Below, in pieces: positions 58,811 to 64,000 of a DNA stretch of 64,000 bases. The notes beneath the pieces were generated by a model, which saw nothing but the letters and a program-made list of their open reading frames with translations, was not told where the DNA came from and did no database searches. Position 1 is the stretch's first letter. Every line of letters starts with the position of its first letter. The stretch covers positions 25,149 through 89,148 of the forward strand of contig CAZBAF010000001.1 of the NCBI GenBank assembly GCA_964490245.1. Reading direction: 5' to 3'. A program made the position numbers and the translations under genes. This stretch comes from an uncultured Candidatus Saccharibacteria bacterium (GTDB lineage: Bacteria; Patescibacteriota; Saccharimonadia; Saccharimonadales; JACDBH01).

Positions 58811-59230
58811 ATGGACGAAAAACAGCAAATCACCGTATCGGCAACTATTCAGGCTCCAGCAGAGAGGGTCTGGGAATATTATGTAACACCCGAGCACCTG
58901 ACAAGGTGGAATAACGCCTCAGATGACTGGCACACCACCAACGCTACCAGCGATCTGCGCGTTGGCGGCGAGTTCAAATATCGCATGGAGGCAAAAGACG
59001 GCTCTGAAGGTTTTGATTTTGGCGGCACCTACACAAAGGTCGAACCGCCGCGACTGCTTGCCTATACGCTCGGGGACGGACGCACGGTTAACATAACTTT
59101 ATCACCGGAAGGGGATGCGACACAGGTAGCCGTCACTTTTGATACCGAAACATTCAACACACCCGAAGTACAGCGTCAAGGCTGGCAGGCAATCCTGGAT
59201 AACTTCAAAAAGTACGTTGAGAAAAACTAA
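58811..59230 (+). CDS. SRPBCC superfamily protein (AHSA1/START-like)
   Basis: 139 aa: ITVSATIQAPAERVWEYYVTPEHLTRWN...GGEFKYRMEAKDGSEGFDFGGTYTKVEPPRLLAY...GWQAILDNFKKYVE. Confidence 0.75.
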   Translation: MDEKQQITVSATIQAPAERVWEYYVTPEHLTRWNNASDDWHTTNATSDLRVGGEFKYRMEAKDGSEGFDFGGTYTKVEPPRLLAYTLGDGRTVNITLSPEGDATQVAVTFDTETFNTPEVQRQGWQAILDNFKKYVEKN

Positions 59231-59358
59231 CTAAGGCTAAGATCGTCATGACTAAAAGAGGGCAAGCAGCTCATCGTCCTGGACTGGAATTAGTACGATC
59301 CCAAATTTGATTGATCGTGTCTTTGCTTGCTATCTTGCGTGCATAAGGGAGGCGAGAG

Positions 59359-59640
59359 ATGGCTGCAGAAGAACAATTTGCATGTTCTGATTCTACATTA
59401 AGGCTACCGATTGATGCGGGCGCTGAACCTATGGATTACATAAAACAGTGCAAAAATAGATATGAAAATCCTGGTGGTTCATGCCGCTTCGCCCAGGCAG
59501 CACTTCGTGATAGCGCGTCGCTGGAGCATATTGTTCAGGACTGCCCGGCGTTCATGAAAAAAATGCATGCTCAAGGCGCACCTACAGAGATAAAATGTGC
59601 CATCCAACTTATAGGGTTCGCTAGCGCAACAAACGACTAA
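59359..59640 (+). CDS. hypothetical protein (Cys-containing, 93 aa)
   Basis: A strong Shine-Dalgarno GGGAGG lies 7 nt before the ATG. No motif recognised. Confidence 0.5.
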   Translation: MAAEEQFACSDSTLRLPIDAGAEPMDYIKQCKNRYENPGGSCRFAQAALRDSASLEHIVQDCPAFMKKMHAQGAPTEIKCAIQLIGFASATND

Positions 59641-59740
59641 GCTCACTTGATGCTGTAAGGTAATCAGTCAACTTATATAATTCATCGTTTAAGTTCGTCT
59701 GTTCACGGCCGCATTCATGAACTTACAGTTCGTGGGCATC

Positions 59741-59858
59741 GGCTTTTGGCTTGAGCAGATGTCAAGCAGACGCTTTTAGGCAAAGCTCAACCCGAGTCTC
59801 TTGACACACTTTCCTACGCCCCACTTGGCGGACCAGGAAAGTGTGTCGGCCAAAAGCC
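59741..59858. other. nested inverted repeats predicted to form a three-stem structure (about 118 nt)
   Basis: Outer pair GGCTTTTGGC (59741-50) / GCCAAAAGCC (59849-58). Pair TTGAGC (59751-56) / GCTCAA (59785-90). Inner pair GACACACTTTCCT (59803-15) / AGGAAAGTGTGTC (59835-47), with CGCC/GGCG in its loop. Confidence 0.6.
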
Positions 59859-60054
59859 TAATAATCAGGACTTTACCGAAATATCCTAATAAAAAATAAA
59901 GCCCCTCACTTTTCATAAAGCCTATATCTTGCTTCAGATAACCATATCTGTTAAAATACCTACTGGCATTAACGAGTTTAATTCAGCAATCTAGGGGAGG
60001 CTGGCTGCTGCCAGATTAACTCTTCTCGACAACGATTTAAAGAAAGGAATCACA

Positions 60055-60468
60055 TTGCCTACAATTAACCAACTCGTCCGTAAGCCGCGCAAGTCTGCCA
60101 GCTCCAAGAGCAAAAGCCCTGCGCTGCATAAAGTGACGAACAACCTCAAGACCAAGTCATACGAAAAACCATCGCCTTTTAAGCGCGGTGTTTGTATCAA
60201 GGTCACAACCAAAACACCAAAGAAGCCAAACTCAGCGCTTCGTAAAGTTGCCCGTGTCCGTCTGAATAACGGCCATGAAGTCTGGGCCTACATCGGTGGC
60301 GAAGGTCATAACCTGCAGGAACACGCAGTCGTTATGATCCGCGGTGGCCGCGTGCCGGATCTTCCCGGTGTGCGTTACCACATTGTCCGTGGCGCGCTCG
60401 ACCTCCAGGGTGTTGCCAACCGTAAGCGTGGCCGCAGCAAGTACGGCACCAAGAAGGATGGTAAGTAG
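60055..60468 (+). CDS. rpsL: 30S ribosomal protein S12
   Basis: TTG start follows [19 protein letters not shown]...[28 protein letters not shown]...[23 protein letters not shown]. Confidence 0.96.
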   Translation: MPTINQLVRKPRKSASSKSKSPALHKVTNNLKTKSYEKPSPFKRGVCIKVTTKTPKKPNSALRKVARVRLNNGHEVWAYIGGEGHNLQEHAVVMIRGGRVPDLPGVRYHIVRGALDLQGVANRKRGRSKYGTKKDGK

Positions 60469-60479
60469 TCACTATGTAT

Positions 60480-60528
60480 CATTTACCCTTTACCAATTGC
60501 CATTTACCAATTAATTTGCATTTGCCAT
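60480..60528 (+). repeat. degenerate heptad array, CATTTAC/CAATTGC family
   Basis: catttac cctttac caattgc catttac caattaa tttgcat ttgccat, directly after the rpsL stop. Confidence 0.65.
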
Positions 60529-60555
60529 TTATCAAAACCGCGACCCCGTCGCTGC

Positions 60556-60590
60556 CACAATTGAAAACTGAAAATTGTGAATTGAAAATT
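60556..60590 (+). repeat. degenerate heptad array, GAAAATT family
   Basis: (acaatt) gaaaact gaaaatt gtgaatt gaaaatt, 24 nt upstream of the rpsG ATG and before the GAGGAG Shine-Dalgarno. Confidence 0.7.
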
Positions 60591-60613
60591 GCAAGTCCCA
60601 GAGGAGTTGCCTA

Positions 60614-61090
60614 ATGCCTCGTAAAGTAACCAAAGCCCTCGTCCGCGAGGCCGCACCGGATCGTGTATATAACAGCCAGCAGGTAACTCGTGTTATTAAC
60701 CGCGTCATGCGTGATGGTAAAAAGCAAGTTGCCGAACGCCTTGTGTACAAGGGCATAGAGAAAGCCGCCAAGAAGGTAAAAAGCGATAATCCGCTGGAAG
60801 TCTTTGAAAAGGCTATGAACAACATCAAGCCGCATCTTGAGACCCGCTCCCGTCGTGTCGGTGGCGCAAACTACCAGATTCCGTTTGAGGTCAAGGGCCA
60901 GCGCCAGCACCACCTGATGACCATGTGGTTTGTGCAGGCTGCACGCTCACGCAAGGGCATGAGCATGGAAGACCGCATCGCACAAGAAATCGTCGACGCC
61001 TTCAACAACACCGGCGCAGCCGTCAAGAAGCGTGAAGACGTCCACAAGATGGCCGAATCTAACCGTGCCTTCGCACACTTCGCGAGATAG
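60614..61090 (+). CDS. rpsG: 30S ribosomal protein S7
   Basis: 158 aa: MPRKV...PDRVYNSQQVTRVINRVMRDGKK..AERLVY...RRVGGANYQIPFEV...EIVDAFNNTGAAVKKREDVHKMAESNRAFAHF. Confidence 0.96.
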   Translation: MPRKVTKALVREAAPDRVYNSQQVTRVINRVMRDGKKQVAERLVYKGIEKAAKKVKSDNPLEVFEKAMNNIKPHLETRSRRVGGANYQIPFEVKGQRQHHLMTMWFVQAARSRKGMSMEDRIAQEIVDAFNNTGAAVKKREDVHKMAESNRAFAHFAR

Positions 61091-61093
61091 ACA

Positions 61094-61510
61094 ATGCCTG
61101 ATCTGTGCTCCGGCTGCCCGCTACCCCGTGTCATCGAAGAGATTAAGGACGCAGCCGAAACACAGGAACAAAAAATTGTTGTCGGATTCTTAGAGTTACT
61201 AAGAACAGTCTATGAAAATGGCGATCCGGACTCTTATACGGGGCCTAAGACAGAAGAGCACCTTGAGGAATTGGCATGTGTTAAAATCACCGAATGCTGT
61301 CAAGAAGAGGCGCAGCTGGACAACATAGACCCTTTCATCATTGCAATGGAAGGCCTTGTCACCACAAAAAGGCTGACCGTAACAGGTTCCAGTAAAGATG
61401 GCGCCGCCCGGGAGAGAATAGCGTACGAGACCCTTGTAAGCGGTCAACTGGTAGAGACATATGAATATTTTGAAATCCCCGAGAAACAAGATGATGGCAA
61501 CGATGGATAA
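61094..61510 (+). CDS. hypothetical acidic Cys-containing protein inserted between rpsG and fusA
   Basis: 138-aa ORF whose ATG lies 3 nt after the rpsG stop. It is AT-richer than the flanking genes. No motif recognised. Confidence 0.5.
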   Translation: MPDLCSGCPLPRVIEEIKDAAETQEQKIVVGFLELLRTVYENGDPDSYTGPKTEEHLEELACVKITECCQEEAQLDNIDPFIIAMEGLVTTKRLTVTGSSKDGAARERIAYETLVSGQLVETYEYFEIPEKQDDGNDG

Positions 61511-61580
61511 AAAGGCAAGTGTAGCATGGGGGCATATTACCCTGATGCGCTTCAGTAACTAAGCAACTAAGAGGATAGAA

Positions 61581-63665
61581 ATGGCACAAAAAAGAGCAGA
61601 GATGAAAAACATCCGCAACTTGGGTATCATCGCCCACATCGACGCGGGTAAGACAACCACGACCGAAGGTATTCTGTACCGCACGGGCATTAACCACAAA
61701 ATCGGCACCACCCATGAGGGCGAATCCACAACTGACTGGATGGCTCAGGAGCGTGAGCGCGGTATTACCATCGTAGCCGCGTCGGTTACCTGTTTCTGGA
61801 AAGGCCACCAGATCAACATTATTGACACCCCTGGCCACATTGACTTTACCGTTGAGGTAGAGCGCTCGCTGCGTGTTCTGGACGGCGCCTGTGTTGTCTT
61901 TGACGGCAAGATGGGTGTAGAGTCCCAGTCAGAAACCGTCTGGCGCCAGGCCGACAAGTACGGTGTGCCGCGTATCTGTTTTATCAACAAGATTAACCAG
62001 ACCGGTGGCGACTTCTACAAATCACTCGACAGCATTCACAACCGCTTGAGCAAGCGCGCTTTCCCGGTGCATCTGCCAATCGGGTTTGAGCAAAGCGTTA
62101 ACGGCGTAGTCGATCTGGTCGAGATGAAGGCTTACACCTACACCGACTTCCACGATCACGAACTGGTCGAGGGCGAAATCCCCGCCGACATGATGGACCA
62201 GGTCAAGAAATACCGCAGCTTACTGATCGAGAACGCCGTCGCAGAAGACGAAGCCATGCTTGAGAAGTACTTTGAGGTTGGTGAAGAGGGCTTAAGCGTT
62301 GAGGAAATCAAGCAAGCTATTCGCAGCGCCGTGCTGACCGGCCGCTTCTTTGCGGTTACCGGCGGTGACGGTCGCGGTGTTATTGTTGAGAAAGTCCTGG
62401 ACATGGTGACTGATTATCTGCCAAGTCCGCTGGATATCGGTTCCACCTGGGGCACACACCCCAAAACCGGCGAACAGATCGAACGCAAAGCCAGCGAGAG
62501 CGAGCCGTTCGCCAGCCTTGCCTTCAAGATCACAACCGACCCGTTTGTCGGTAAGCTGGCTTATTTCCGCGTCTATTCGGGCAAAATCACAGCCGGATCA
62601 TACGTTCTTAACGCCTCAACCGGCGAAAAAGAGCGTGTCGGCCGTATTGTCCGCCTGCATGCAGACAAGCGCGATGAGGTCACTGAGGTGGGCGCTGGCG
62701 ACATTGCCGCTATTGTCGGCCTTAAAGCCACTACAACCGGCCATACTCTGGCTGACCCCAACAACCCGATAGTGCTTGAAAGCATTTCATTCCCCGAGCC
62801 GCCGGTGTCGATTGCCATCGAGCCAAAGACCAAGTCAGACCAGGAAAAAATGTCCCTGGCCCTGCAGCGTCTGGCCGAAGAAGACCCGACTTTCCGCATT
62901 AAAGTAGACGACGAGACCGGCCAGACCGTTATTTCTGGAATGGGTGAGTTACACCTGGAGATTCTGGTCGACCGCATGAAGCGCGAGTTTAATGTCGAGG
63001 CCAACATCGGTGCACCGCAGGTTGCCTACCGTGAAACGATCAAGAAGTCCGATGTCGAAGCACAGGGCAAGTTTATCCGCCAGAGCGGTGGACGCGGCCA
63101 GTACGGTGACGCATGGGTGCGCATCAGCCCGAACGAGCAAGGCAAGGGCTTTGAGTTCATCAACAGCATCAAGGGCGGCGTTATCCCCGGCGAGTACATC
63201 AAGCCGGTAGAAGAAGGCGTCAAAGAAGCCATGACCACCGGTGTGGTTGCCGGCTATCCGGTTGTGGACGTCAAGGTAGAGCTGTATGACGGCAGTTACC
63301 ACGATGTTGACTCCAGTGAAATGGCCTTTAAGATTGCCGGTTCGATGGCCTTTAACGAAGCCATGAAAAAGGCAGGACCGGTTCTGCTGGAGCCTGTCAT
63401 GAAAGTTGTCGTGGTGACCCCCGAAGAGTTTATGGGTGACGTCATTGGCGACCTCAACAGCAAGCGCGGCCGGATTGAGTCCATGGAAGATCTGCAGGCA
63501 GGCATTAAAGAAATTACTGCCTACGTACCGCTGGGCGAGATGTTCGGTTACACCACCAGCCTGCGCAGCGCCACTAAGGGCCGTGCCAGCAGCAGTATGG
63601 AGCTGGACCACTATGCCGAGGTGCCGGGCAACGTTGCCGAAGCAATTGCCTCAAAGCGCACCTAG
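61581..63665 (+). CDS. fusA: translation elongation factor G
   Basis: 694 aa. AAGAGGA Shine-Dalgarno. [30 protein letters not shown], and domains III-V ([16 protein letters not shown]). Confidence 0.97.
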   Translation: MAQKRAEMKNIRNLGIIAHIDAGKTTTTEGILYRTGINHKIGTTHEGESTTDWMAQERERGITIVAASVTCFWKGHQINIIDTPGHIDFTVEVERSLRVLDGACVVFDGKMGVESQSETVWRQADKYGVPRICFINKINQTGGDFYKSLDSIHNRLSKRAFPVHLPIGFEQSVNGVVDLVEMKAYTYTDFHDHELVEGEIPADMMDQVKKYRSLLIENAVAEDEAMLEKYFEVGEEGLSVEEIKQAIRSAVLTGRFFAVTGGDGRGVIVEKVLDMVTDYLPSPLDIGSTWGTHPKTGEQIERKASESEPFASLAFKITTDPFVGKLAYFRVYSGKITAGSYVLNASTGEKERVGRIVRLHADKRDEVTEVGAGDIAAIVGLKATTTGHTLADPNNPIVLESISFPEPPVSIAIEPKTKSDQEKMSLALQRLAEEDPTFRIKVDDETGQTVISGMGELHLEILVDRMKREFNVEANIGAPQVAYRETIKKSDVEAQGKFIRQSGGRGQYGDAWVRISPNEQGKGFEFINSIKGGVIPGEYIKPVEEGVKEAMTTGVVAGYPVVDVKVELYDGSYHDVDSSEMAFKIAGSMAFNEAMKKAGPVLLEPVMKVVVVTPEEFMGDVIGDLNSKRGRIESMEDLQAGIKEITAYVPLGEMFGYTTSLRSATKGRASSSMELDHYAEVPGNVAEAIASKRT

Positions 63666-63689
63666 TCAGCCGCTTTGCACAGCACCCTA

Positions 63690-63715
63690 AAAAGGCCCGG
63701 CTCCCGGGCCTTTTG
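63690..63715 (+). terminator. rho-independent terminator after fusA (A-run/T-run flanked, possibly bidirectional)
   Basis: AAAAGGCCCGG-ctc-CCGGGCCTTTT. Confidence 0.85.
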
Positions 63716-63774
63716 CATGTACCGTGCGCAAGCTTTTGCAATCTGTAAATAGACGTCCTATACTTAGCTGGAAG

Positions 63775-64000
63775 ATGGCTGATTTTCCCGAACAGCAAAA
63801 CCAGGATTCAAAACGCCTCAAAAGAGCATTCATACCGTCACCGCTTGAAATAGCCGTGCTTATGATAGGCAGTTTTTTGTTTTTGGTGGCAGTCAACAGC
63901 CTGCCGGCCTTTCGCAGCGTCGACGGCGCTAATTATGAGCTGGTCATTGGCTACATTCAGGACGTGGCCGAAAAACTGCTTGCCCCTGTTAATAACCAAC
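63775..64000 (+). CDS. hypothetical membrane protein, 3' end cut by window edge
   Basis: ATG 63775 opens a frame that runs to the window end: MADFPEQQNQDSKRLKRAFIPSPLEIAVLMIGSFLFLVAVNSLPAF... It is absent from the ORF track because no stop lies in the window. It is not tuf. Confidence 0.4.
   Translation, partial: MADFPEQQNQDSKRLKRAFIPSPLEIAVLMIGSFLFLVAVNSLPAFRSVDGANYELVIGYIQDVAEKLLAPVNNQ

Overview
64-kb window from a compact, Gram-positive-like genome. Core genes are about 55-62% G+C by hand count of a few lines. Gene content and protein sequences resemble Candidate Phyla Radiation / Saccharibacteria-type bacteria, but that is inference only because no search could be run. Most of the window is housekeeping: gatB (5' partial), galU, dnaE, a PilB/GspE ATPase, malic enzyme, rplS, rnhB, yraN, pepN, nusA, clpC, radA, a class A PBP, tyrS, recG, rsmD, tRNA-Leu(UAG), hisS, tig, clpP, rpoB, rpoC, rpsL, rpsG and fusA. 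The main accessory feature is a ~12.4-kb island (about 47.6-60.05 kb) between the rpoC terminator and rpsL. Its centre is a translationally coupled three-gene operon: a type III Mod methyltransferase, a DUF4263 (Shedu-type PD-(D/E)xK) nuclease protein, and a type III Res helicase-nuclease. An orphan TnsA-like nuclease converges on it, and the island also holds a decayed MazG-like pseudogene and assorted cargo (DUF167, DUF1801, FCY1-type cytosine deaminase, ThrE exporter, SRPBCC). Other observations: (1) a 154-bp perfect inverted repeat carrying an outward promoter brackets a 12.1-kb housekeeping segment (10.4-22.9 kb); (2) CIRCE-like operators overlap the clpC and clpP promoters; (3) period-7 repeat arrays of several families recur in intergenic regions, usually oriented toward the adjacent start codon; (4) an unrecognised ORF sits between rpsG and fusA; (5) there is a promoter-proximal hairpin/U-tract in the nusA leader, a nested inverted-repeat structure upstream of rpsL, and many TATAAT-like boxes 6-12 nt from start codons, suggesting leaderless mRNAs. 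All functional calls rest on motifs I recognise by eye in the supplied translations. No HMM, BLAST or folding computation was run.
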